From Mobula hypostoma (Eukaryota), in assembly GCF_963921235.1 (NCBI RefSeq), contig NC_086097.1:233742001-233806000 (forward strand): 64,000 bases of DNA, in the 5' to 3' direction. A model generated the notes under the pieces. That model was not told the origin of the DNA, did not search any database, and worked only from the letters and a program-made list of their open reading frames with translations. A program made the translations under genes and the position numbers. Numbering within the stretch: position 1 is the first letter of the stretch; every line of letters begins with the position of its first letter. Shown here piece after piece: positions 1 through 12,714 of this stretch.

Positions 1-598
1 CGGCCTGGTGGAACGTTTCCACAGACACTTGAAGTCGGCCCTGATGGCACGCCTCCGAGGGCCGGACTGGGGGGACGAACTCCCCTGGGTGCTGCTTGGT
101 ATCTCCGCACGGCACCTAAGGAAGACCTGGCCGCGTCATCGGCCGAACTGGTTTACAGTGCCCTGCTCACAGTTCCCGGTGAGTTTGTGCCAGCACCCCG
201 TGGCCTGGAGGACACACCTGCTGGACCCTAACTAAACTCCGGGAGCGGCTTGGACACTTGCTGCAGTCCTGACGTCCCACCATGGAACAACTCCCTCTTT
301 CGTGCCCAGGGACCTGCAACAGAGCATGTATGTTTTCGTGCACCGAAGCATACACAGACCACCCCTGCAGCGACCATACGAGGGACCCTACAAGGTGGTG
401 CGCCATAATGGAGTGACCTGGGTTCTCGAGACTTTTACTATTGACCATCTCAAACCGGCGCATCTGGACCTTGAACGCCCAGTCACGGTACCACCCCCAC
501 GATGTCCAGGCCGGCCACCTAAAAGAACTGAGAGTGTGCGGGCTGCGGACTCTGCACCTCCTATCGCCAGTTCTGTGGTGGTGGGGTGGGGGGGGTCA
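1..598 (+). mobile_element. Ty3/Gypsy LTR retrotransposon 3' part (integrase C-terminal region, frameshifted) plus polypurine tract
   Basis: ORFs read ERFHRHLKSAL..W.DELPWVLLGI and PLQRPYEGPYKV..IDHLKPA, typical of Gypsy integrase C-termini (CsRn1-like). A G-rich PPT at ~581-595 precedes the LTR. Confidence 0.88.
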
Positions 599-840
599 TG
601 TGGCGGCTCTACCAGGCAGCAAGCGAACCGGCTCCAGCAGTCGCCGGCGAGCCCGCAGCCAGCAGCAACCGAGAGGACTCTGAGTGCGGGGCAGACCTCG
701 GCCCGGAAGCCGACGTCGCTTCTGCCCCGCAAAGAGCGGGGGTTGCTTAAACGCGGGCCGATTCAAACAGTAAACGGTTCAACCCGACCCTGCTCAATTA
801 AGTGTCTTGTTTTCACTCATAGCATATCAGCGCAGCTACA
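599..840 (+). repeat. 3' LTR of the Gypsy element (~242 bp)
   Basis: Starts TGTGGC just after the PPT and ends GCTACA (5/6 inverted match). An unrelated LINE follows. Confidence 0.75.
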
Positions 841-3290
841 AGATACTGCTGTGCCTTCTTGGCTAGTGAGGAGGTGTTGTGGGTCCAGTTAGATCGTCCA
901 TTATGTGCACTCCAAGGAAATTTGTGCTCTGCACTTTTTCCATTGCAGAGCCATTGCTGTGCAATGGAGAGTGGTCGACCTGTGCCTTCCTGAAGTCCAC
1001 AATCATCTCTTTTGTCTTGTTCACTCTGAGACTTAGGGTTGTTGTTCTCGCACCGTTAGACAAGCCTCACAACCTCATCGTTGTTGCCAATGAGGCTGCC
1101 AGCCACTGTAGCATCATCGGTGAACTTAATGAAGTGACTTGAGGTGAATCTGGCAGTGCAGTTGTGAGTCAGCAGCATGAACAACAGTGGGCTGAGCACA
1201 CAGACCTGGGGGGGCACCAGTGCTCAGCGTGATGTAGCTTGAGATGCTGCTGCCAAATCAGCCTGACTGGGATATTTCTGTGGAAGAAGTCCATGGTACA
1301 GTTACAGAGAGGGGCATTGAGTCCCACCAAGGACAACTTACCCACCAGTCTCTGGGAGATGTTCATATTAAAAGCTGAGCCGAAGTCGATGAACAACATC
1401 TTGGCATATAAGACAAGAGAAGTCCTGTCCCCTGATCTGAAGGCTGTGTCCCAATTCTTAAATAGTTTGTGGTCGGCCGTGGTTTCTGGTTTGCCCTGGC
1501 AATGCAGTGTGTTGTCATTATACACCAATCATTGAAAGTGGGCATGCAGGTACAGCAGGCGGTGAAAAAGGCAAATGGTGTGCTGGCATTTATAGCGAGA
1601 GGATTCGAGTACAGGAGCAGGGAGGTACTACTGTAGTTGTACAAGGCCTTGGTGAGACCACACCTGGAGTATTGTGTGCAGTTTTGGTCCCCTAATCTGA
1701 GGAAAGACATCCTTGCCATAGAGGGAGTACAAAGAAGGTTCACCAGATTGATTCCTGGGATGGCAGGACTTTCATATGAAGAAAGACTGGATGAATTGGG
1801 CTTGTACTCGTTGGAATTTAGAAGATTGAGGGGGGATCTGATTGAAACGTATAAAATCCTAAAGGGATTGGACAGGCTAGATGCAGGAAGATTGTTCCCG
1901 ATGTTGGGGAAGTCCAGAACGAGGGGCCACAGTTTGAGGATAGAGGGGAAGCCTTTTAGGACTGAGATTAGGAAAAACTTCTTCACACAGAGAGTGGTGA
2001 ATCTGTGGAATTCTCTGCCACAGGAAACAGTTGAAGCCAGTTCATTGGCTATATTTAAGAGGGAGTTAGATATGGCCCTTGTGGCTACGGGGATCAGGGG
2101 GTATGGAGGGAAGGCTGGGGCGGGGTTCTGAGTTGGATAATCAGCCATGATCATAATAAATGGCGGTGCAGGCTCGAAGGGCCGAATGACCTACTCCTGC
2201 ACCTATTTTCTATGTTTCTATGATAATCAATGCACTTTATGCAGGACACCGATCCTGCAGATGCATGAATGCTGACGCTTCCCTAAATATCCTCCAGACC
2301 ATGCTTTCAAAGAAGTCTTGCAATGCTGAGGTGGCACCTTCTGGCCTGGTCCTGATCTCCCTGTAAACTGGTTTGACATTTTTAACCAGTGGTCTGAGTA
2401 CAGGGATTAGCAAAATGGATATGAGTATCTGAGGTGAGGATGAGGACAGCCTTGTAAGGCTCCACTACATCAGTATAAGGCAAGTCTAATATATTTTCTC
2501 CTCTGGTTGTGAAGTTGACATGTTGGTTGAACATTGGCAGGATTGTTTTTAAGTTGGCATGATTGAAGTCACCAGCAAAAATCGTCAGGGTGCGTGGCTT
2601 CAAGGTTGCAGAGGGCTCCGTTGAGCTCCAGGAGCACTTCCCCTGCACTAGCACGGTGGGGTTGGGTGGGTGGGGAAAGTGGATGTAAAGAGCAATAATC
2701 ACAATGGCAGTGAACTGTCTCAGTACGTAAAAGGGACATATATAAGATAGCAGTAAAATACAGTCACACGCAAAAAAAAGCCCATTGAGGAGCCACACCG
2801 ATCCCAGCACTCCGGTGAAGCACTCGAATCTGATGTCTCCTCCTGGGCGGCTGCAAACAGGTAACACTGCAGCTTGGGGCCTAGTCCTTGCTACGACCGA
2901 GGTCACACAGCTCCATTGCTGTCTGCCTCCACTGTTTTACAATGATCTAATGAATTGGACTTGAAACATTGCACACCACCAGGGTCCAACAGGGTCTTGC
3001 GATCACAATAAAACGGCGACTAAGACGATCACTCGTTGTTGGACTACACACCTCTTTCACATACCGATGTCTCTCTGTCGCAGGTAGCATCACGGTCCGC
3101 ATCAAGTCCAGCTCCTTCAGCTTTTCCACCAACAAGCAACTGGCTGATGGGGTAGCCCTGCAGTATCTTAAGTTCTTAATGTCCAGCAGAGACTTGCGAT
3201 CGGAAAAAATACATTTAAAAAAGACAATAACACTTTTGGTTGACCCCACAGAAGCCGTCGTTACCGAGTGCGTTGCCATTTTCCCAGAAG
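841..3290 (-). mobile_element. Rex1/Babar-type LINE, decayed and internally deleted (RT, endonuclease and 5' pieces), interrupted by a CR1
   Basis: Minus-strand peptides [29 protein letters not shown], and FAGDFNHANLK..QHVNFTTRGENILDL. Confidence 0.8.
1513..2223 (+). mobile_element. CR1 LINE 3' fragment
   Basis: YKALVRPHLEYCVQFWSP...RRLRGDLIETYKI...FFTQRVVNLWNSLP, then a CR1 3' UTR ending in TTCTATGT repeats. Nearly identical to the 13621-14350 copy. Confidence 0.95.
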
Positions 3291-4019
3291 TTTAAATGAC
3301 AAAAGGCCATTATTCCCAGAAAATTCAGTGGACTTTGTTGAGATGTTTTAGGAGTTCAAAGGCAGAGATTAGAAAGGACATGAGGTGAGAGAGTTTCATT
3401 TTGTCCTTTCCTCTCTCCCTACTTCTCGACTATTTTTCAGCTTTGTGCTTCCTTAAATACAATCTCTAACTTCTCAAGTTGTATTGCAAAATCCTTAATC
3501 TGAAACTGTAACTACATGATTTGCTTCACAGATGTCTCCAGACCTACTGAATATTTCTAACATTTTCAGATTTCCAATATTTTGCGAATGATTTATTACA
3601 GTGCATTTACATGTGAATACTGAAGAGAAAAAGGCATAAGCATTTTAATCAGCTGCTAAAAATGTCAGCTATATCTATATGTCTAGACCCATCAGATGCA
3701 ATGAGAAAAATGATGAGACAGTTGAACCTCTATGAAGAATATATCAGCCCTGGAATAATTTCCTGATTCTGAGAGAAAGACACAGCCAAAAGCTTCATAG
3801 CAACAATTCAACTTAAAATCAGCTGCTGTATTTCCGAGAAAGGTGATCTTGACCTACAGCACTGTCTGAGAGTTTCAGCCATCTTTCATTTTCATGTTGA
3901 ATCCCACTTGAATATAACACACTACTTTGCTGGTCAATTGCAGTGAACAGATTTTGTACAGATTTTCTCCTGGTTTATAAACGTGCTTATTGTTATTTTC
4001 ACTACTTCCAGATGGAACC

Positions 4020-4555
4020 CGAATCAGAATCAGGCTTATTATCACTGACATATGTCATGAAATGTGTTGTTCTTGTGGCAGCAGAACAGTAAAATACATA
4101 CAAAAAATTACTATGTTATAGGAAGAAATATATTAAAAAAGTAATGCAAAAAGAGAGGAAAATATTGAGTGCTCATGAGCCATTGAAAAATATGATGGCA
4201 GAGGGGAAGAAGCTGCTTCTGAAAAGTTGAGTGGGTGCCTTTAGGCTTATATATCTCCTCTCTGAAGGTAGTAATGAAAAGACGACATGTTCTGGATGGT
4301 GCTTAATGGTGGCCACCTTCTTGAGCCATCGGCTTTTGAAAATGTACGTGATGGTGGGGTGACTAGTGCTCATGATAGAACTGGTTGAGTTTACAACTTG
4401 GGCAGCTTTTTCTGATCCTGTGCCCCCTCTGCCCCAGTTGGTGATGCTACCAGTCAGAATGCTCTCAACTGTACATCGCAGAAACTTTCTAAAGTCTCTT
4501 GTGCCTTACCAAATGTCCTCATGCTCCTAATGAAGTATAGTTACTGGCATAATTA
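4020..4555 (-). mobile_element. Rex1/Babar LINE 3' fragment, decayed
   Basis: Minus peptide HP.H.VFSLLPS.RRY.SLKA.T..FRSSFFPSAI; the tail reads AATCAG repeats on plus. Confidence 0.7.
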
Positions 4556-4564
4556 CATCAATAT

Positions 4565-5192
4565 TAGATTAGATTCAACTTTATTGTCATTGTGCCAAGT
4601 ACAGATACAAAGCCAATGAAATGCAGTTAGTGTCTGACCAGAAATGCAAAGGTAGTGTTATTTACAAAATAACTGCAAATAAAAAGTAAGTGCTACAGCA
4701 CACAAATATCCAGAAGGAGGGGTCACAGTTTGAGGATAAAGGGGAAGCCTTTTAGGACCGAGATTAGGAAAAACTTCTTCACACAGAGAGTGGTGAATCT
4801 GTGGAATTCTCTGCCACAGGAAACAGTTGAGGCCATTTCATTGGCTATATTTAAGAGGGAGTTAGATATGGCCCTTGTGGCTAAAGGGATCAGGGGGTAT
4901 GGAGGGAAGGCTGGTACAGGGTTCTGAGTTGGATGATCAGCCATGATCATACTGAATGGCGGTGCAGGCTCGAAGGGCCGAATGGCCTACTCCTGCACCT
5001 ATTTTCTATGTTTTTATGTTTTTAAAAGTACTGAGACAGTACAATATGAGTGCAGTACTGCTTAGCGCTGTGATATGAGGTTCAGCAGGGTCACAGCCTC
5101 AGGGAAGAAGCTCTTCCTGTGCCTGCTGGTGCAGGAGCAGAGGCTCCTATAGCCCCTACCGGTTGGGAGGAGAGTAAAAAGTCCATGGTTAG
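4565..5192 (-). mobile_element. Rex1/Babar 3' fragment interrupted by a short CR1
   Basis: Minus peptide NHGLFTLLPTGRGYRSL...RKSFFPEAVTLLN; TTAGA-repeat tail on plus at ~4565. Confidence 0.7.
4716..5022 (+). mobile_element. CR1 LINE short 3' fragment
   Basis: RIKGKPFRTEIRKNFFTQRVVNLWNSLP plus a CR1 3' UTR of the same subfamily as 1513-2223. Confidence 0.92.
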
Positions 5193-5565
5193 AGTCCAAA
5201 ACCTCTTGAGCTGAAGCCTGATCACTCCAACACAGTCCCACTCCAACAATGGCTGCTACCAAATGGCCACTTGGCTTACACCTTCTTTGTTTTTATTGGC
5301 TCAAGTAAGACTCACTCCAGATGAGACTTGCTGTTTTCAAATGGCTCCCACTCTGCAAGATGTTGCTCTCTCACTCACTACTTCCAACAATGACACTAGT
5401 ACTGTATTAAGTGATTATATAACAGTTTAAGTGCTGCCAAGCAGAGCTAATGTAGACACAGTAAGCAGATTATTTAAGTTGGACTGTAACCATTGATAGA
5501 GCACTGAAAAGAGTGGTAAAGTTAACAAGTCTGGAGTGAAGAAAGGTGACGGAACAGAATCATAG

Positions 5566-6242
5566 TCAGGTCAGTGTGGACATGGTGGAGGATTACAAAT
5601 ACCTGGGGATACGAATTGACAATAAACTGGACTGGTCAAAGAACACTGAGGCTGTCTACAAGAAGGGTCAGAGCTGTCTCTATTTCCTGAGGAGACTGAG
5701 ATCCTTTAACATCTGCCAGATGATGCTGAGGATGTTCTACGAGTCTGTGGGTGGCCAGTGCGAACATGTTTGCTGTTGTGAGCTGGGGCAGCAGGCTGAG
5801 GGTAGCAGACACCAATAGAATCAACAAACTCATTCGTAAGGCCAGAGATGTTGTGGGGATGGAACTGGACTCTCTGACGGTGGTGTCTGAAAAGAGGATA
5901 CTGTCCAAGTTGCATGCCATCTTGGACAATGTCTCCCATCCACTACATAATGTACTAGTTGGGCACAGGAGTACATTCAGCCAGAGACTCATTCCACCGA
6001 GATGCAACACAGAGCGTCATAGGAAGTCATTCCTGCTTGTGGCCATCAAACTTTACAACTCCTCCCTTAGAGGGTCAGACACACTGAGCCAATAGGCTGG
6101 TCCTGGACTTATTTCCTGGCATAATTTACATATTACTATTTAACTATTTATGGTTTCATTACTATTTATTATTTGTGGTGCAACTGTAACGAAAAGCCAA
6201 TTTCCCCCGGGATCAATAAAGTATGACTATGACTATGACTAT
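5566..6242 (+). mobile_element. Rex1/Babar LINE 3' fragment
   Basis: YKYLGI.IDNKLDW..N....KKGQ..LYFLRRLRSF...RHRKSFL..AIKLYN; ends AATAAA plus (CTATGA)n. Confidence 0.88.
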
Positions 6243-6514
6243 AATATTAGCAGCTGAGATTCATCACATTAAGTTTTATATTGATAACAGATAGAATATG
6301 GAAATGTTGGCCTAATTGATGACAATTAGAATAGGTAAATGATAGAGAAATGATAAATAATAAAGAGAAAAGAGATTAAAAAATTAAAACTAACAACTGG
6401 GAAAGCTGTCATGAATATGCAAGCTTCCCCAGTTATAATGGAGGCTGGGGTAATGTATGTACAGTACTCATTTCCCGAGGTAGACCAATCATAGAAACAT
6501 TTCAATGAGATTGC

Positions 6515-6600
6515 TTACTTTGCTTACTTGGGCTTAACTCCCAATGGAGCATAGACCATCGATGCCCTTCCATTTTCATCATGCTCTGAAGTTGATGGTA
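6515..6600 (-). mobile_element. Possible RTE-clade 3' end remnant
   Basis: Reverse complement reads GGTCTATGCTCCATTGGGAGTTAAGCCCAAGTAAGC, resembling RTE-type 3' termini with a (AAGT/AAGC) tail. Confidence 0.35.
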
Positions 6601-6763
6601 TGATAGGAGTTCATCAATGGTTCTGTAGTCTATTGCATCCACTGTACAGGGGATTGGCCTATGTCCGCTCAGCAGTACCCTGTTGGCCGGCCTTACCCAT
6701 TTCCACCTCACATGATGAGGATGTAGGATTGGACTTTCAGAGGTAATGCGATGGCTTAGATAA

Positions 6764-8030
6764 TCATGCTTGACTAATCTATTGGAGTTTTTCGAGGATG
6801 TAACCAGGAAGATAGACACGGGAGATCCAGTGGATGTGGTGAACCTTGACTTTCAGAAGGCATTTGATAAGGTACCACATAGGAGAATTGGTGGATAAAA
6901 TCAGAGTTCATGGCATTGGGGGGAGGATATTGACATGGATAGAAAACTGGTTGGCAGATAGAAAGCAAAGGGTAGCAGTGAATGGGTGTTTCTCGGAATG
7001 GCAGGTGATGACTAGTGGGGTGCCACAGGGCTCGGTATTGGGACCACAGCTGTTTACGATTTACGTCAATGATTTAGAGGAAGGCATTGTGAATAACATC
7101 AGTAAGTTTGCTGATGATACTAAGCTGGGTGGCAGTGTGACATGTGATGAGGATGTTAGGAGAATTCAAGGTGACTTGGATAGGCTGGGTGAGTGGGCAG
7201 AAACTTGGCAGATGGCGTTTAATGTGAATAAGTGTGAGGTTATTCACTTTGGGAGCAAGAACAGGAAAGCAGATTATTATCTGAACGGTGTGGAGTTAGG
7301 TAAGGGAAAAATACAAGGAGATCTAGGAGTACTTGTTCATCAGTCTCTGAAGGTGAATGAGCAAGTGCAGCAGGCAGTGAAGAAGGCTAATGGAATGCTG
7401 GCCTTTATTACAAAGGGAATTGAGTACAAAAGCAAGGAAATATTTTTGCATTTGTACAGGGCCCTGGTGAGACCACATCTGGAGTATTGTGTGCAGTTTT
7501 GGTCTCCAGGGTTAAGGAAGAACATCCTGGCTGTGGAGGAGGTGCAGCGTAGGTTCACTAGGTTAATTCCTGGGATGTCCGGAATGTCTTACGCAGAGAG
7601 GTTAGAGAGACTGGGCTTGTACACACTGGAATTAAGGAGATTGAGGGGGGATCTGATTGAGACATATAAGATTATTAAGGGATTGGACAAGATAGAGGCA
7701 GGAAATATGTTTCAGATGCTGGGAGAGTCCAGTACCAGAGGGCATGGTTTAAGAATAAGGGGTAGGTCATTTAGGACAGAGTTGAGGAGGAATTTCTTCT
7801 CCCAGAGAGTTGTGGAGGTGTGGAATGCGCTGCCTCAGAAGGTAGTGGAGGCCAGTTCTCTGGATGCTTTCAAGAAGGAGCTAGATAGGTATCTTATGGA
7901 TAGGGGAATCAAGGGTTATGGGGACAAAGCAGGAACCGGGTATTGATAGTGGGTGATCAGCCATGATCTCAGAATGATGTTGCAGGCTCGAAGGGCCGAA
8001 TGGTCTACTTCTGCACCTATTGTCTATTGT
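6764..8030 (+). mobile_element. CR1 LINE, 5'-truncated; RT and C-terminal region largely open (6846-7946)
   Basis: GVPQGSVLGPQLF.IYVND, SKFADDTKLG, LVRPHLEYCVQFW; CR1 3' UTR ending CTATTGT repeats. Confidence 0.95.
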
Positions 8031-8756
8031 AAATAATGTTTTATTGCTCTTTGAATTTATGTTATTTGATCCAGTTAATGGGAAACTCAACAGATGAAGA
8101 GTCGCCAAGGTCAGGAAAGGTCAGTATAAAAGTAAGTACTTCTTTAGAATTGATTGCAGTCCATGGCAGGGGTACTCCCCCATCCAAATTTATCAGTCCT
8201 ATGTGCATCCATTTCAAGGATTAAACCAGCTTTCTCCCACACCCTAATCCCTTCCCTCCACCAATTCATGACACTGTTCCCTTCCAATCCAATCTCTGCC
8301 TTTGCTTCCAGCATCCACCAATGTCTGACTTTCATAATTCTGTCAAGTTCAGGACATTACCTGATGTCGTCGATCTTCTTGGATGATCAACCAGCTCCTC
8401 AATTTGACAGCACATTTGACAAAAAAATCCAGCAGAAAATCTACTTCTAAATTTGGCAGAATTTCTGGTGAAGTCATGCCTCCAAGTCCCTTTCCCTAAT
8501 CCCATCCTGTTCTATCATGCTGACTCACTTCTGGGATGAAAAGTGGTCAACATGCATTATGGTTATCTGTGAATGGTGGCAGGCAGACAGTGAACATCTG
8601 TCAAAATCACCAAAAAAAATTGTAGCAATCTTTTGCCCGGCTGTTAAAATTGTTCCTGTCTGTGAACATGCTGAACAGCACATATTTTGGACCAAGGCAG
8701 TAAATGGGTAGGTAGGTACGGGAGGGGAATGGTGGAACAACAATGTATTTACAATT

Positions 8757-9060
8757 AAATAATAAAGGCATCCGTTAGTCTTGCGAGACCATGGATCTGC
8801 GCTCTCCAAGGCGCAGGCCTGGGCAAGCTTGTATGGAGGACCAGCAATTGCCCATGCTGCAAGTCTCCCCTCTCCACGACACCAATGTTGTCCAAGGGAA
8901 GGGCATTAGGGCCCATACAGCTTGACACCGGTGTCGTCGCAGAGCAATGTGTGATTAAGTGCCTTCCTCAAGGACACAGCACATTCCCTTGGCTGGGGCT
9001 TGAACTCACAACCTTCAGGTAGCTTGTCCAATGCCTTAACCACTTAGCCACGTGCTCACT
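8757..9060 (-). mobile_element. tRNA-derived SINE with CORE-like segment and RTE-type 3' tail
   Basis: Minus strand has an A box (TGGCTAAGTGG) and B box (GTTCAAGCC), then TGTGTCCTTGAGGAAGGCACTTAATC (CORE-like). It ends GGTCTCGCAAGACTAACGGATGCC plus TTTA repeats. Confidence 0.75.
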
Positions 9061-10396
9061 ACAATTAATTAATTCTAGGTAAAGAAAATCACAGCTGATG
9101 ATAAATTGGGACAGAAACTTCTTTCTTTGTCATCACCCTCTTCACAAGGAAAGACGCTGTGGATAACTAACTATTCTACATCTCTTCAAAACTTGGTGCC
9201 TGTTTCCAGCAGCTTTGCTGAGTGAAGAAGCAATCTGTTATCATTTGCCCAGGGCTCAGTTTAAAATCAAATCAGATTTCAACAACACACAAAAAAATTA
9301 AGGAGGACTCTGTCAGATTGGGAAGATACAATTTAAGGTAACATTCATTTAGCTTGGAGCAGGAAAAGAGGAAATAAGCTTACTGCTCCATGCTGACTCC
9401 TGTACTGCTTGGCTTCTTCAGATGGGAGAAGTTCAATTCTCACCCCATAAAAACAAATGATATTGATAGAATGAATTCACTTGATGGATTGAATAGATTA
9501 TTTTTCCAATATTCATGCCACACTTTTATAACTAATTTTTGTTTCAGCTAGACTGGTGGACTTTAACTTTTGTATTAAAGTTAAAAGTAATTTTTGTTTT
9601 AACTTTCCAGAATTTCTTTGCACTTCAAATATTTGTCCTTTTAATTCCCTTTTCCAGCTTCCCAACAATTATGACCTAGTTAAATTTTCATGTCCACAAA
9701 AGCCAAAAAAAAGGATGTGTTCATTTTGTACCTTTAACTTAACTTTACTCGCAAAAAAATGACTTTCTAATTCAGGAAATGTGGCAAGCAAAGTTATGCT
9801 TTGCAAGCTACCATAAATAGCAATAATAATAAGACAGTTGGTTTCAGTAATGCAAATAAGGAAAAAATATCCCTGAGGTCATTGTGTCTTCAGGTCAATG
9901 TCATGGGCTCTACTGCATCCAAAAAAGAGTCATGTCTTGGTTTAGACCCACTGCATTTCCTCTGCACAGCTCTGATCCCTGATGCAAAATGAACACATGG
10001 AAGAGGGCACATTTTTTGCTTATTTATTTATTTACTTTCCTTGTTTTTCTGCAGTGCCTGCATTTTTATTGCTCCTGAACTGAAGGATTAACTAAAGAGT
10101 CAACCACATTCGCTGCTCTAGAATCCTACAATTATCAGGTCAATTAAGTGCAACAAATTTCTTTCGGTGAACCAGATGTGAACCAATAGTTTCACAATTC
10201 CCACGATTGAGACAAAGTCTTTTTAAAACTCCCAATTTGTCCAATTATTTATTTTAGATGCCGTGGTTGCCATGACATTTAAATTTTGTTTCTCTGGATC
10301 GCTGGCTGGTAGTCTAGTAAACTTATTCACAATGATGCTTTGCTTATGCTGCTAAGAATGTCTTCTGAGGTCAGGAGACTTCCACCTGTAATTCTT

Positions 10397-10710
10397 TAGT
10401 CATAGTCATATTTTATTGATCCCGGAGGAAATTGGTTTTCATTACAGTTGTACCATAAATTATTAAATAGTAATAAAACCATAAATAGTTAAACAGTAAT
10501 ATGTAAATTATGCCAGGAAGTAAGTCCAGGACCAGCCTATTGGCTCAGCGTGTCTGACCCTCCAAGGGAGGAGTTATAAAGTTTGATGGCCACAGGCAGG
10601 AATGACTTCCTATGATGCTCTGTGTTGCATCTTGGTGGAATGAGTCTCTGGCTGAATGTACTCCTGTGCCCAACCAGTACATTATGTAGTGGATGGGAGA
10701 CATTGTCCAA
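10397..10710 (-). mobile_element. Rex1/Babar 3' fragment (same subfamily as 5566-6242)
   Basis: Near-identical peptide LDNVSHPLHNVLVGHRSTFSQRLIPPRCNTE...SDTLSQ and the same 3' UTR. Confidence 0.9.
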
Positions 10711-10800
10711 TGATCCTGGCCCCACATCCTTTTGACCAGATGCAAGTGCCTGTAGATCTATTCAAATGAAATTAAGAACCTTTTCTTTGTTTCAGAGATG

Positions 10801-11080
10801 ATAACTTACTGCCTTTATCAACAGATTTCATACTCAAGTTTGCCAAAAAATGGAAAAGTGATTCTTACCATTCAAAATTCCAAAGAGATATGGATTAGGA
10901 TTAGTGAGTTGTGGGCAGGTCTATTTAGAGGAAAATATGTGTCTTCTCCTGCTTTTTGAAGTAATAACTCACTGCTTTTATCAAACAATTTCATAATTTT
11001 TTTTGCTAAAAAATGGAAAACTGATCCTTACCATTCAAAATTCAGAAGTCATAAGGGTTAGGGTTAGTGAGTTGTGAGCA
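10801..11080. repeat. Imperfect direct duplication of ~117 bp (10801-10917 and 10964-11080)
   Basis: Both copies read ATAACT.ACTGC.TTT...AAAAAATGGAAAA.TGAT.CTTACCATTCAAAATTC...GG.TTAGTGAGTTGTG.GCA. Confidence 0.8.
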
Positions 11081-11719
11081 TTCTATGTTGGTACCAAAGT
11101 TGTGGTGACACTTGTGGCCTGCCCAGCACAATTCTCACTGATCTGATTTGTTGCAACAACACAGTTCATTGTATGTTTTGATGTTTCAACGTACATGTGA
11201 AATATAAAGCTAATCTTTTAGATCTTTAAAGTCTTTACCTCGTGTTTCTAAAGGTAAATTTTGATATATTGCACTTCTATATCAATAGGTGTCAGTGTTG
11301 CTCTATAAATATGTCATTGGTGTGTGCCAAAATATAGGGAATCAATATCACCAGACATTAATGCTGTTATATAAATCTGATTAACACATAAATGATGTAC
11401 CATGACTCACTGTTTTACCTTTCAATACCTACGAGGAGAAATAAAGCAAGGAAATATAGCCATGCCTGTATTTAAGTGGGCTGAGATGTGCATATATGAG
11501 AGACAAGCAGTAAAATTAGAATGATTTATGTACAAAGCTCCATTGGATTTTGCTTTGTTAGAATAAAATTTTTTTAGTTGGTTTCTAAAGTAGCTTTGGT
11601 TTAATGTATCTTACAAATATTACCATTAAGGGAGTACAAAGTAGCATATAATCAGAAGCAAAATGACATTAACAATTTAGTCAAAGGAACACTTCTATTT
11701 TGACTCTATAGTATTTCAT

Positions 11720-12380
11720 ATTATAGGATCTTGGGGTCAAAGTTGCCGTGCAAGTTGATGGAGTTGTTAAGAAGGTATTCAGTGTTCTAGCATTCATCCA
11801 TCGGGGGTTGAGATGAAGAACCACGAGGTACTGTTGTAGCTTGCTAGACCACACTTGGAATAATGTGCTCATTTCTGGTCACCTCATTATAGGAAGGATA
11901 TGGAAGCTTTGGAGATGGTGCGGAGGATATTTACCAGGGTGCTGCCTGGAATAGAGGGCATGTCTTACAAGTATAGGTTGAGTGAGCTAGGGGTTTTCTG
12001 TCTGGATCAAATGAATATGAGAGGTAACTTGATAGAGATGTACAAGATGAATAGGGGCATTGATCCAGAGACATTTTCCTAGGGTGGAGGTATGAGGGGG
12101 TATAATTTTAACCTTATTGGAGGAACGTATAGAGGGGAAGTTAGAAGGGAAGTAAGTTTTTTACATAGCGAGCTATAGGTGCGTGGAATGCCTTGCAAGG
12201 CAGAGGTGGTGGTACAGGCAGTTTAGCGGCATTTGAGAAACTCGTATATAGACAGATGAGTGATAGAAAAAGGGAGGGCAATGTAGCAGGGAAGGGTTAG
12301 AGTGATCTAAGAGTAGGCTAAAAGTTTGGCACAACATAGTGGGCTGAAGGGCCTGTATTGTGCTGTAATGTTCTATCTTC
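11720..12380 (+). mobile_element. CR1 3' fragment, decayed
   Basis: RPHLE.C..FWSPHYRKD.EALE.V.R.FTR.LPG; CR1 3' end GGGCTGAAGGGCCTGT...TGTTCTAT. Confidence 0.85.
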
Positions 12381-12714
12381 AATAAAATATGACTTCTCTG
12401 ATTTTATAAGATTTCCTAAACATTTAGCACAATCATATAAACAACAAACATAATCATAATAACATAATTATAGAAAATGTTATATTATTATAACAATGTA
12501 ATAATTTCTATTGCATAACTCATGACATAAAGTGACAGCTAATGAGCTGTTCACTGTGACTTGGTTTTGCCTGATTCCTGGAGCTGCCACTGAGAACTGT
12601 GTCAGTGTTAGAGTGTCAGCCTTGCTTAATTGTCAACACTTCCACAGATGTCTGAAGGTTGTGTGGGAAGTACTAAGACAGGATTTAAGTACTACGCATG
12701 TTCTATGTTCTCAA

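Noticed and set aside
3687..3766. Short open frame DPSDAMRKMMRQLNLYEEYISPGIIS* after TCTAG
   Set aside because: Weak acceptor, no donor and an unrecognised peptide.
9070..9135. CTGATGA...GAAAC...GTC in canonical hammerhead order
   Set aside because: No convincing stem I or stem II can be formed.
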